DNA of 32,000 nt from Edaphobacter aggregans (GTDB lineage: Bacteria; Acidobacteriota; Terriglobia; Terriglobales; Acidobacteriaceae), in the NCBI RefSeq assembly GCF_003945235.1, contig NZ_RSDW01000001.1, positions 3,030,001-3,062,000 on the forward strand. The letters run 5' to 3'. The notes beneath the pieces are model-generated. The model saw only the letters and a program-made list of their open reading frames with translations. It ran no database searches and was not told the DNA's origin. Within the stretch, counting starts at the first letter, position 1, and each line of letters begins with the position of its first letter. The translations under genes and the position numbers were made by a program. Of this stretch, positions 16,743 to 25,115 are shown piece after piece.

Positions 16743-17429
16743 CTAGCTCGCCACTCTACGCCGCACCATACCCGCGGCTCCTGCTATTCCCGTCAGAACC
16801 AGTAAAACGCTACCCGGCTCCGGCACAGTCGATACCGGTGGTGGTGGAGGATCGTCCGGCGTACCACCGGAAGGCGGTGTGTTTGGAATATGTGGAGCAG
16901 GGCCGTTTGGGTAGCTACCGCCCCCAAATCCGCCAAAACCACCATATCCTGGCCCGCCCTCATTCGGTAGGTAGCCACCCATCGGTGGCAGGAGAGGCAA
17001 TTCGTTTGCGGCGATCAATGGACCGTCGCCATCATCAACATCCTGTGCGATGTACGGTCGCGCCGCAGAAAACGGCGGCAGATCCTCGCCCTTCAGCAGC
17101 TCGGGCGGAGTCGAACCTTCTGGCAGCTCATCGCCGCAAGCCAGATTGAAGGACCGGAGCATCTCCTCGCGAGTCTTGGGCCGCCGATGGACCTTTGCAC
17201 GCAATATCCTGGGCTTGTTTTTGGGCTTAGGCTTCAGTGCTGCCAGCTTGCGATGGACATAGCGGCGCACGCGGTGATCGGCTGCACGAAGTTTATGGAC
17301 GGCTTTGCTCTGCGCCAACGCGTGTTTGTACTGGACGAACCAGCGCTCACACTCCGTGGAGGCGTGGACACCCGTGGCGGCAGAAGCAACGACCAGAAAG
17401 ACAACCAGAGAAAGCAGAAAGCGACGCAT
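16743..17429 (-). CDS. PEP-CTERM sorting domain protein, secreted, Gly/Pro-rich
   Basis: Signal peptide MRRFLLSLVVFLVVASAATGVHA. The C-terminus VPEPGSVLLVLTGIAGAAGMVRRRVAS has the PEP motif, a TM helix and a basic tail. Confidence 0.8.
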   Translation of the reverse strand: MRRFLLSLVVFLVVASAATGVHASTECERWFVQYKHALAQSKAVHKLRAADHRVRRYVHRKLAALKPKPKNKPRILRAKVHRRPKTREEMLRSFNLACGDELPEGSTPPELLKGEDLPPFSAARPYIAQDVDDGDGPLIAANELPLLPPMGGYLPNEGGPGYGGFGGFGGGSYPNGPAPHIPNTPPSGGTPDDPPPPPVSTVPEPGSVLLVLTGIAGAAGMVRRRVAS

Positions 17430-17549
17430 AATTGACAGGGCCCAAAGTAAGATTCACTTCGTAACTGTCTGGTAAACAAGCAATCGCGTCGCCAAACAAA
17501 AATGCACCGAATCGTATGCAAATTGCAGACACAAGAGCAAACAATTCCT

Positions 17550-18137
17550 TCACTTAGGCGAAGTAGTTACCCTTTGATGTGCAAGAAAGTGCGACTTAAT
17601 TTCCACTTTTGACCCACCCACCCCACTTTGGCCCTGAGATTCCACCATTTGCATCTCAGGATTCTCTTCCAAAAACCGCTTCCACCCGTCCGACTCAGCC
17701 GTTTCCTTCAGGATCTCACTTCGCCACTTCAACAACGTGGTCATCTGGCGCCTCAGCATAATCGTCTCCATCAACCTGCCCAAGGGCCCCAGGCGAAGAG
17801 AAAACCGCACCTCATCCTTAACCCGCGTCCCGTCGTCCATCGCCGCAAAGTGCCTATCATGTTCGTAGTATTGGAAGGCGCCATCGACCATGGTCTCGCG
17901 AACATAATGAAACGGCCGCAACACCTCGATCCGACTGGTATGGATTCGTCCAAGCCCGAACATCCCCCCCTGCCATGTCACGGTGTCCCCCTGCCCCAGA
18001 GACCCGCTCTTCACACCGGCAATCGCCTTTATATTCTTTGATTTAGAGGACGCCAACAGAAAGTCCACACTGGTCGCGAGCCGGAAGCATCGCTCTACCG
18101 GTGCATTAACCCACGTGACCGTTCGAATCATCACCAT
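17550..18137 (-). CDS. SRPBCC (START/cyclase-dehydrase-like) family protein, paralog 1
   Basis: Start trimmed to M18 (MVMIRTVTWVNAPVERCF...) so that it follows the upstream gene stop at 18163. It shares with 19120..19641 and 19868..20344 the pattern ...RCF.L......G..V.W.G..FGL...H.S.I....P..F....M..G.F..F.H.H.F. Confidence 0.75.
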   Translation of the reverse strand: MVMIRTVTWVNAPVERCFRLATSVDFLLASSKSKNIKAIAGVKSGSLGQGDTVTWQGGMFGLGRIHTSRIEVLRPFHYVRETMVDGAFQYYEHDRHFAAMDDGTRVKDEVRFSLRLGPLGRLMETIMLRRQMTTLLKWRSEILKETAESDGWKRFLEENPEMQMVESQGQSGVGGSKVEIKSHFLAHQRVTTSPK

Positions 18138-18162
18138 AGACCTAGGCAAGTTGCGTACAACG

Positions 18163-19071
18163 TTACGCCAACAGGAGAATCTTTCCAATTCCGCCTTTTT
18201 CGGCTGCCGTTTGTGCCTGCCCGGCTTCCTCCAGCGGAACCATGCGGTCGATCGGAATCACAAACCTTCCGGCGGCAATATCCCCCGCCAGACTCTTCAA
18301 CGCTGCCGTGTCCGGATGCATCACAACGGATTCAACCCTAATGGTTGGATGCAGTTTCGCGTTCGCGGGACCTCCCACGACCGATGCAAACACTCCGCCC
18401 GGTTTGACCTTGCCCAGCAACTTCTCTGCTGTCGGACCGCCCACTGTATCGGCAACCGCGTCAATAAACCCGAGCTTCTCCATCGCGGCCGCGTCGTCCA
18501 ACGCAAGAACCTGATCAGCCCCAAGTTCAGCCGCCGCATTGATCTGCGATCCCCTTACCCCGGCGATCACGACGGCCCCAGCCTTCTTCGCCGTCCAGAC
18601 TGCAGACCGCCCCACGCTCCCCAACGCACCCGTCACCAGAACCGTCTGTCCCTTCTGAATGCCGGTTCCACGCGTAACCAACTGCTCGCCCGTCATCGTC
18701 ACCACAGGCAACGCCGCAGCTTCTACCGTGTCCAACCCCTCAGGAATCTTGATCATAGCGTCCGCATTTGCCGCCACCAGTTCCGCGTCCGACGAGTCTG
18801 CTACCCCCATCACCCTGTCGCCCGCTGCAAAGCCCGCCACGCCCGAGCCAACCTCCCGCACCAGTCCCGAGAAGTCATTTCCCAGGATCGCCGGAAACGT
18901 CAGCGGCATAAAAGCCTTCATCGCCCCGCTTCGCAGCTTGAAGTCGATCGGATTCACGCTGGTCGAAGTCACCCGCACAAGCACCTGACCCGCCCCGGCC
19001 ACAGGGTCTGCGACGTCCTCATACGACAGCTTCTCCGGCCCACCGTACTCATGCAGAACGATCGCCTTCAT
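18163..19071 (-). CDS. NADPH:quinone oxidoreductase / zinc-type alcohol dehydrogenase superfamily (MDR) protein
   Basis: MKAIVLHEYGGPEKLSYEDVADPVAGAGQVLVRVTSTSVNPIDFKLRSG and TVLVTGALGSVG. ATG 19071 has GAGG upstream; the track start at 19074 is GTG. Confidence 0.85.
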   Translation of the reverse strand: MKAIVLHEYGGPEKLSYEDVADPVAGAGQVLVRVTSTSVNPIDFKLRSGAMKAFMPLTFPAILGNDFSGLVREVGSGVAGFAAGDRVMGVADSSDAELVAANADAMIKIPEGLDTVEAAALPVVTMTGEQLVTRGTGIQKGQTVLVTGALGSVGRSAVWTAKKAGAVVIAGVRGSQINAAAELGADQVLALDDAAAMEKLGFIDAVADTVGGPTAEKLLGKVKPGGVFASVVGGPANAKLHPTIRVESVVMHPDTAALKSLAGDIAAGRFVIPIDRMVPLEEAGQAQTAAEKGGIGKILLLA

Positions 19072-19119
19072 CACACCACCTCAGCCCATCAGATGCTCTC
19101 CCCCGCCTCGTCGCCACAT

Positions 19120-19641
19120 TCATTCGACTGGGGACTGAAGGATACCACTTGGCCCGATGCCTTCCGTCTCCGCGGTTTCAGTCAGATAGTCTCGCCACTG
19201 TTCCCCCTCGGCCACATGCTTGAGCACCGTCAGCCGTAGCCGCAGCAACTTCACAACGTAAGGCACGACCAGATGACGTCCCACCATACGCCCCACCACA
19301 CCAAGCGGCAACGAGAATCGCAGCCGATCGATCAGCAGCGTCTGCCCATCAATCTCAAGGAACTGATGGTCATGCTGAAACCGCTTGAAACGCCCGCGCA
19401 CCATCGTGTCCTGAAAGAACTCTGGCCGCTCATATTTTGTGATCAGACTCTCATGCAGTTGCGGCAGCCCAAAGATCCATCCTCGCCACACAATCCTGTC
19501 GCCCCCCACGACCTGACCGGCGGTCTTGCCCGCCACCGGCCGCATCTCGAGCGTCCGCTGCACCAGTCCAAGATCGGTCGCCAACAGAAAGCACCTGTCA
19601 ATCGGTGCCCTGATATGAACGCTGTCGCTGACCGTAAACAT
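19120..19641 (-). CDS. SRPBCC family protein, paralog 2
   Basis: MFTVSDSVHIRAPIDRCFLLATDL...VWRGWIFGLPQLHESLITKYERPEFFQDTMVRGRFKRFQHDHQF. Homologous to the two neighbouring SRPBCC ORFs. Confidence 0.75.
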   Translation of the reverse strand: MFTVSDSVHIRAPIDRCFLLATDLGLVQRTLEMRPVAGKTAGQVVGGDRIVWRGWIFGLPQLHESLITKYERPEFFQDTMVRGRFKRFQHDHQFLEIDGQTLLIDRLRFSLPLGVVGRMVGRHLVVPYVVKLLRLRLTVLKHVAEGEQWRDYLTETAETEGIGPSGILQSPVE

Positions 19642-19712
19642 GCCTTACCTCTGTCTGCCGTGCAAGACACAGGGACACACAGAATCCTCCGAACTCATCC
19701 CTGCATCTGTGC

Positions 19713-19733
19713 CAAAAGTGGTGTCGCACCACT
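19713..19733 (-). terminator. Rho-independent terminator candidate after thrS and SRPBCC paralog 3
   Basis: The minus strand reads AGTGGTG-CGA-CACCACT followed by TTTTGG. A second hairpin, AGTGCTT-GCGA-AAGCACT, lies just upstream on the same strand. Confidence 0.55.
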
Positions 19734-19867
19734 CTACACAACCAGCCTTGTATCAGACAGTGCTTTCGCAAGCACTCCTACAAAAGCCGTAGGCAACTAG
19801 GCGGGCCGGTGCTGCATGCCCGATACAACCGTTAACTGTTACCTTACGAATCGCTGCCGCTAAGGTT

Positions 19868-20344
19868 CTACTCCTTGAGGTACTGCCGCCAGCGATTCGA
19901 TTCGGCAACCTGCTTAATCATCGCGTTTCGCTCGGCGAGAAATGCATATAGATAGCCTCGCAGCACCAGTCGCTCGGTAGCTTGGCCTACCCATCCAAAT
20001 GGGGACGCAAACTCCAGCACGTCGCGCATCGCTGTCTCGCCATTTGCTTCATGGAAGTGATGTTCGTGCCGGAAGCTTTTGAACATCCCCTTGGTCATCT
20101 CATCGCAAAAGAACGTAGGTGGTTCGTAGCACACAATCTTGCTGGCATGCCGCAAACGAAGGCCAAAGTGCCGGCCCTCCCATGTCACAGACTCGCCCAG
20201 CCTAATCTGTCCCTGCGTCACTCCCGCGATCGCCCGTTCTCTCGTCTGCGCAGTAGTGTCCATGTGCAAGTCCATATCGAGCGAAAGAAGGAAACACCGC
20301 AATGCAGGCGCAGCGATCCGCGTCTCAAGCCGGATTGTCTGCAT
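19868..20344 (-). CDS. SRPBCC family protein, paralog 3 (starts 4 nt after the thrS stop)
   Basis: MQTIRLETRIAAPALRCFLLSLDM...VTWEGRHFGLRLRHASKIVCYEPPTFFCDEMTKGMFKSFRHEHHF. Its start is 4 nt downstream of the thrS stop at 20348. Confidence 0.75.
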   Translation of the reverse strand: MQTIRLETRIAAPALRCFLLSLDMDLHMDTTAQTRERAIAGVTQGQIRLGESVTWEGRHFGLRLRHASKIVCYEPPTFFCDEMTKGMFKSFRHEHHFHEANGETAMRDVLEFASPFGWVGQATERLVLRGYLYAFLAERNAMIKQVAESNRWRQYLKE

Positions 20345-20347
20345 CCT

Positions 20348-22378
20348 TTACAGCACCGCACTCTTCGAGGCCAGCAGTCCATTCGCCCGCACAATAAAGT
20401 CGACGAGCGCCACACTCCCCTCATCACCCTTGCCACGAGTCCGCACGCTCACAGCCTCGCTGGCCGCCTCCTTATCCCCCATCACCAGGACAAACGGCAC
20501 CTTCTGCAGCGTGAACTCGCGAATCTTCGCATTCATCTTTTCATTGCGAGCATCCAGCTCCACGCGCAGTCCCGCAGCCTCGAGCTTCGCCTTGACCGCC
20601 GCTGCATACTCAAGATGCTTCTCGCTGATCGGCACCAGCCCAACCTGCACCGGCGCTAGCCACATCGGAAACGCCCCGGCGTAGTGCTCGATCAGCACGC
20701 CAAAGAAGCGCTCCACCGAGCCAAACAGCGCGCGATGCACCATCACCGGCCTGTGCAACTCACCATCCTCGCCCTTGTATTCCAGCTCAAACCGCTGCGG
20801 CAGATTGAAGTCGAACTGCACCGTCGAAAGCTGCCACAGCCGTCCCAGCACATCGACCAGCTTAATGTCGATCTTCGGCCCGTAGAACGCGCCTTCTCCG
20901 GGAATGCTCTTGAACGGTACTCCGCGCTTCGTCAGCACATCCTTCAGGGCGGCCTCGGCGTTATTCCAGTCGGACTCTTTCCCGACATAGTCGCCCGCTT
21001 TATTCGGGTCATGCATGGAGAGCTCGACGCGATACTCATTGAAGCCAAAAGTCTTCAGCACGGCCTCGGCAAAATCCAGGCAGTCTTCAATCTCGCCCTC
21101 AATCTGCCCAGGCGTGCAGAAGATATGCGCATCATCCTGCGTAAACCCACGCACGCGCAGCAACCCATGCATCGTCCCCGAACGCTCGTACCGATAAACG
21201 TTCCCCAGCTCCGCATACCGCACCGGCAAATCGCGATAGCTCTTTGGCGAGTTCTTATAGATCAGAATATGCCCGGGGCAATTCATCGGCTTCAGCCTGT
21301 ACTCCGCGTCGTCCAACTCCATCGGCGGATACATGTTCTGCGAATAGAAGCCCTCATGCCCCGAGATCTTCCAAAGATCCCGACGCATAATATGCGGCGT
21401 ATACACCATCTCGTAACCGCGACGGATACATTCGTCACGCATCCAGTCTTCCATCGTCTTGCGAATCAGCCCGCCCTTCGGATGCCAGAAGATCAGCCCC
21501 GCACCCGCGACCTCCTGTATCGAAAACAAATCAAGCTGCTTGCCGAGCACACGATGATCGCGCGCCTTGATCTCCTCCAGCCGCTTGAAGTAAGCATCCA
21601 ATTCCTTCGCGTTGAAAAACGCAGTCCCATAAATCCGCTGTAGCTGCTGATTCTTCTCATCACCCAGCCAGTAAGCTCCAGCGATCGACATCACCTTGAA
21701 CGCCTTCACCCGCCCGGTCGAAGGTACATGCGGCCCACGGCAGAAGTCGCTAAACCCGCCATTGCGATAAAGCGAAATCTCGTCGCCCGGCTTCGTAAAC
21801 TTCTCGATGAAGTGGACCTTCATGAACTCGCCCTGCGCCGAGTAATCCGTAAGCCCCTTCTCCCGAGACTCCTCCACGCGCACAAACTTCTCATCCCGAG
21901 CAACCACCTCAGCCATGCGCTTCTCAATCGCCGCAAGATCATCCTCCGTAAAAGGAGTCTCGCGATACACGTCATAGAAGAACCCCGCATCGGTCGCAGG
22001 CCCATGCCCAAGCTTGGTCTCCGGAAACAGCTCCAGAATCGCCGTCGCCATCACATGCGCCGCCGAGTGCCGCACCACCTTCAGCGCAGCCTCATCCGTC
22101 TCCTTCAACAATTCCAGCGCAACATCTTCATTCAGCGGAGCCGTCAGATCGACCAGCCGCTCCCCACCCGTCGCAGCTCCATACATCGAAGCCTCCGAGG
22201 CCTCGTCTTCCTCCGCCATCCCCACAGCAACAGCCGTCAGCGGACGAATCCGCGCCACCACCACAGCGGCTGCCAGCCTCGGCGAGATGCTCATTGCAAT
22301 GTCATACGGACTCGTACCGCGCGAAACCTCGCGCACGGAACCATCAGGAAGCTGTACCTTAATCATCTGTTCACTCAT
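20348..22378 (-). CDS. thrS: Threonine--tRNA ligase
   Basis: TGS domain start MIKVQLPDGSVREV, editing-domain HSAAHV, and a class II core (FRDLPVRYAELGNVYRYERSG, GFTQDDAHIF). Start trimmed to ATG 22378 (MSEQMIKV...). Confidence 0.95.
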   Translation of the reverse strand: MSEQMIKVQLPDGSVREVSRGTSPYDIAMSISPRLAAAVVVARIRPLTAVAVGMAEEDEASEASMYGAATGGERLVDLTAPLNEDVALELLKETDEAALKVVRHSAAHVMATAILELFPETKLGHGPATDAGFFYDVYRETPFTEDDLAAIEKRMAEVVARDEKFVRVEESREKGLTDYSAQGEFMKVHFIEKFTKPGDEISLYRNGGFSDFCRGPHVPSTGRVKAFKVMSIAGAYWLGDEKNQQLQRIYGTAFFNAKELDAYFKRLEEIKARDHRVLGKQLDLFSIQEVAGAGLIFWHPKGGLIRKTMEDWMRDECIRRGYEMVYTPHIMRRDLWKISGHEGFYSQNMYPPMELDDAEYRLKPMNCPGHILIYKNSPKSYRDLPVRYAELGNVYRYERSGTMHGLLRVRGFTQDDAHIFCTPGQIEGEIEDCLDFAEAVLKTFGFNEYRVELSMHDPNKAGDYVGKESDWNNAEAALKDVLTKRGVPFKSIPGEGAFYGPKIDIKLVDVLGRLWQLSTVQFDFNLPQRFELEYKGEDGELHRPVMVHRALFGSVERFFGVLIEHYAGAFPMWLAPVQVGLVPISEKHLEYAAAVKAKLEAAGLRVELDARNEKMNAKIREFTLQKVPFVLVMGDKEAASEAVSVRTRGKGDEGSVALVDFIVRANGLLASKSAVL

Positions 22379-22621
22379 AAGCGTTATCTCTAAGCATATT
22401 TCCTTTGCTTCCCCCGCACCAACTTCTCGCGGGCCCGCCGCATCCATATAGAGCAACGGAAGCAGTAAATGACCGTTTACCGCAGCCAACTAGACCGAAG
22501 CATCCCACGCAGGTTGTAGCCCGGCTTTCGAGATCCCATTTTGGGCCAACGCCTCCAGCACCGATAATGACCTTAGAGCCAAAACTGGCCGGCGTCACCG
22601 AATCACCCAAAAAGGAAACGA

Positions 22622-22882
22622 ATGCAGGTCTTATGCAAGCTGTCCGATAACTCCCCCGATGTTCAATGTCCCGTCTGCGGTCAGGGCTTTCTCCTTTACT
22701 GGGAACGCTCCTCGCGCACCCAGCAGGAGGCCACCCGCCACAGCATCCAGCAGACGCTCCGCGACCACCACGCCGACAACACCACTGCGGAAGCCCACCC
22801 CGAAGCCGCCTTCAACATTCCCAGCTGGTCTGGCTCACCCAAGTTCTCCGCCGCCGCCCTTCTCGGGGGAGCCCCCGTCTAG
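22622..22882 (+). CDS. Hypothetical small protein (86 aa) with a single CPVC motif
   Basis: AAGGAA lies 4 nt upstream of the ATG. I recognise no family. It is divergent from thrS. Confidence 0.45.
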   Translation: MQVLCKLSDNSPDVQCPVCGQGFLLYWERSSRTQQEATRHSIQQTLRDHHADNTTAEAHPEAAFNIPSWSGSPKFSAAALLGGAPV

Positions 22883-22895
22883 ACCAGAAAACCTA

Positions 22896-22992
22896 CACCG
22901 ATGAAACACCGATCAAAACCCCAAAAAGGGCCGTTGTCTTAATCTGTTTTTTTGATCTGTCTCTAAATCGGTGTCATCGGTGAAGATCGGTG
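22896..22992. repeat. Inverted heptad-array element: 2x CACCGAT on the left, 3x ATCGGTG on the right
   Basis: CACCGAT at 22896 and 22907. ATCGGTG at 22967, 22976 and 22986 (spacing 9 and 10 bp). The right arm TAAATCGGTGTCATCGGTGAAGATCGGTGTTAAGTAT recurs at 31333-31368. Confidence 0.7.
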
Positions 22993-23021
22993 TTAAGTAT
23001 CTCTGCACCAACACCTTCCAC

Positions 23022-23057
23022 CCAACCACTTAAAAAATTAGGACCGCTGCTAGCCCA
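23022..23057 (-). terminator. Rho-independent terminator (minus strand)
   Basis: The minus strand reads GGACCGCTG-TTGGGCTAG-CAGCGGTCC followed by TAATTTTTT. Confidence 0.75.
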
Positions 23058-23131
23058 ACAGCGGTCCAAGTACTCAGTCTTTTGCGGGGAAACCTTATTG
23101 CTACTGCTGAAACCTGCCTCTGAAACCTGGT

Positions 23132-23266
23132 TCAGGCTGCCTTCGGAACAGTGTCGACGGTTCTCTCCGCCGGCATGTTCTTCCTCAGCCACACATTAGC
23201 CCTCCACCGTCCAAAAAACGGAGCAGCGGCAACCAATGCAAACGACACTGCTAAAGCAATGCGCAT
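23132..23266 (-). CDS. Small (44 aa) hydrophobic protein, unrecognised family
   Basis: Hand translation: MRIALAVSFALVAAAPFFGRWRANVWLRKNMPAERTVDTVPKAA. AGGAGA lies 7 nt upstream of the ATG, and a strong terminator follows at 23022-23057. It is below the ORF track cutoff. Confidence 0.4.
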   Translation of the reverse strand: MRIALAVSFALVAAAPFFGRWRANVWLRKNMPAERTVDTVPKAA

Positions 23267-23520
23267 CCACATCTCCTTTCTCCCCAGCGGGCCAACTTCT
23301 CCCACCGAGTCGAAGCACCCGGACCGCCTCTTGCATACAACTGGCCGGTCCGGACTTGATCACTGCAATTGCAATACGCTAACTATCTCGCCCCCGAACC
23401 AACCTCGATATCCCCCCTCCGGGCCACTGGCCGAACATTCGGGTTATCCGCCTATCCCACCTTCGTGTTATCTGCACCATACCCATCACCCCCGGCGTTC
23501 CCATCGCCTAAAATACCTCC

Positions 23521-25026
23521 ATGTCCTACATCGCAGCCGTCGATCATCTCTACGCCCTCGGGCACGAGCTGGCCCCGGCCCCGAACGCCACCTCACCCGC
23601 CGAGCCCCGCCGCAAATTCGATCTCGCCCACATGCGCGCCCTGGCCGCAGCCCTCGGCGATCCCCAAACCACCTTCCCCTCCATCCTCATCGCTGGAACC
23701 AACGGAAAAGGCAGCACCGCCTCCACCCTCGCCAGCATCCTCACCGCCGCCGGCTACCGCACCGCCCTCTACACCTCCCCGCACCTATCCCGCGTCAACG
23801 AGCGCATCCAGATCGACGGCCAACAAATCCCCGACGACGACTTCGCCCGCCTCTACTTCCAGGTCGACGACACCGCCCGCCGCCTCGTCCGCGAATCCGT
23901 CCTCCCGCACCACCCCAGCTTCTTCGAAACCCTCACCGCCCTCGCCTTCCTCTATTACGCCGAGCAACACGTCGACATAGCCATCCTCGAAGTAGGCATC
24001 GGAGGCCGCCTCGACGCCACCAACATCGTCGACCCCCTCCTCTCCATCATCACCGACATCGCCCTTGACCATCAGGACTACCTCGGCAACACCATAGCCG
24101 AGATCACCCGCGAAAAAGCCGGCATCCTCCGCCCTAACGGCACCCTCATCACCCTCCCACAGCACCCCGAAGCCAACCAGGCCATCGGCGAAGTCGCCGC
24201 CACCCTCCACATCCACGCCATCAGCGCCGCCCCCTACATCCCCCACACCCCTATCAGGCAAACACCTGCCGTTACCTCTAATGCTGTCATTCTGACCCTG
24301 AGCGAGCAGAGCGACTCGAAGGGGAACAACCCCGGCATTCCGCCGGCAGAGCTGCAACTCCCCCACAACCACTACAGCCTCACCCTCGCCGGCCAGCCCC
24401 TGGAAATCAACTCCGCCCTAACCGGCCAGCACCAGCAGCGAAACATTGCTTTAGCCATAGCCGCTGCCGAAGAATTACGTAACCCAATAGGTTACAATAT
24501 AGCAATAAGTAACCAACACGGTTACAAAATAACCAACTCCCAAATCGAAGAAGGAATCCGCAAAACCCGCTGGCCCGGCCGTCTCGAGCTACTCCGCTTC
24601 CCCGAAGGACCCACCCTCCTGCTCGACGTAGCCCACAACCCCGCCGGAGCCTGGACCCTCCGCGCCGCCATCGCCCAGCTCCCCGAAACCCAGCCCCGCA
24701 CCCTCCTCTTCTCCTGCCTCCGCGACAAAGACCTCCGCGAGATGACCCAGATCCTCCTCCCCCTCTTCGACTCCAGCGCCGACCGCCCCCACGACCACAT
24801 CCTCTTCGCGCCCATCGACAATCCCCGCGCCACCACGCTCGACGAGCTCACCGCCGCCGCCACAGCGCTCGACATCCCCGCCCAAACCGCGCCAAGCATC
24901 GCCGAAGCCCTCACCCAGGCCCGCGCCATTACCCCCACCGACGGCATCATCCTTGCCACCGGCTCCATCTACATGGTCGGCGCAATCCGAACCCTCGCCC
25001 TCAACGGAGGCGCGAACCCCGCATGA
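23521..25026 (+). CDS. folC: Bifunctional folylpolyglutamate synthase / dihydrofolate synthase
   Basis: Mur-ligase P-loop GTNGKGST, with DIALDHQDYLGNT, GQHQQRNIALAIAAAE and WPGRLE. At 501 aa it is longer than typical FolC because of two internal insertions (see findings). Confidence 0.92.
   Translation: MSYIAAVDHLYALGHELAPAPNATSPAEPRRKFDLAHMRALAAALGDPQTTFPSILIAGTNGKGSTASTLASILTAAGYRTALYTSPHLSRVNERIQIDGQQIPDDDFARLYFQVDDTARRLVRESVLPHHPSFFETLTALAFLYYAEQHVDIAILEVGIGGRLDATNIVDPLLSIITDIALDHQDYLGNTIAEITREKAGILRPNGTLITLPQHPEANQAIGEVAATLHIHAISAAPYIPHTPIRQTPAVTSNAVILTLSEQSDSKGNNPGIPPAELQLPHNHYSLTLAGQPLEINSALTGQHQQRNIALAIAAAEELRNPIGYNIAISNQHGYKITNSQIEEGIRKTRWPGRLELLRFPEGPTLLLDVAHNPAGAWTLRAAIAQLPETQPRTLLFSCLRDKDLREMTQILLPLFDSSADRPHDHILFAPIDNPRATTLDELTAAATALDIPAQTAPSIAEALTQARAITPTDGIILATGSIYMVGAIRTLALNGGANPA
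24284..24346. repeat. Copy A of a ~63-nt dispersed repeat, in frame inside folC
   Basis: CTGTCATTCTGACCCTGAGCGAGCAGAGCGACTCGAAGGGGAACAACCCCGGCATTCCGCCGG matches 25036-25098 with about 6 mismatches. Confidence 0.85.
24479..24538. repeat. AT-rich 30-bp tandem duplication with GTAACC/GGTTAC hairpins inside folC
   Basis: GTAACCcaataGGTTACaatatagcaataa is followed by GTAACCaacacGGTTACaaaataaccaact. GC is about 30% in a gene that is visibly far more GC-rich. It encodes NPIGYNIAIS / NQHGYKITNS. Confidence 0.75.
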
Positions 25027-25035
25027 CCTCAAAGC

Positions 25036-25098
25036 CTGTCCTTCCGACCCTGAGCGAGCAGAGCGAATCGAAGGGGCACAACCCCCGCATTCCGCCGG
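25036..25098. repeat. Copy B of the ~63-nt dispersed repeat, at the folC/plsC junction
   Basis: CTGTCCTTCCGACCCTGAGCGAGCAGAGCGAATCGAAGGGGCACAACCCCCGCATTCCGCCGG. Confidence 0.85.
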
Positions 25099-25115
25099 TC
25101 GAGGCACCTACCTCA

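Noticed and set aside
22379-22621. Possible T-box or other riboswitch leader upstream of thrS.
   Set aside because: I could not find a specifier-loop and T-box consensus (AANNNGGUGNNACCGCG-like) or a terminator/antiterminator pair in the 240-nt leader. The region is shared with a divergent small ORF promoter.
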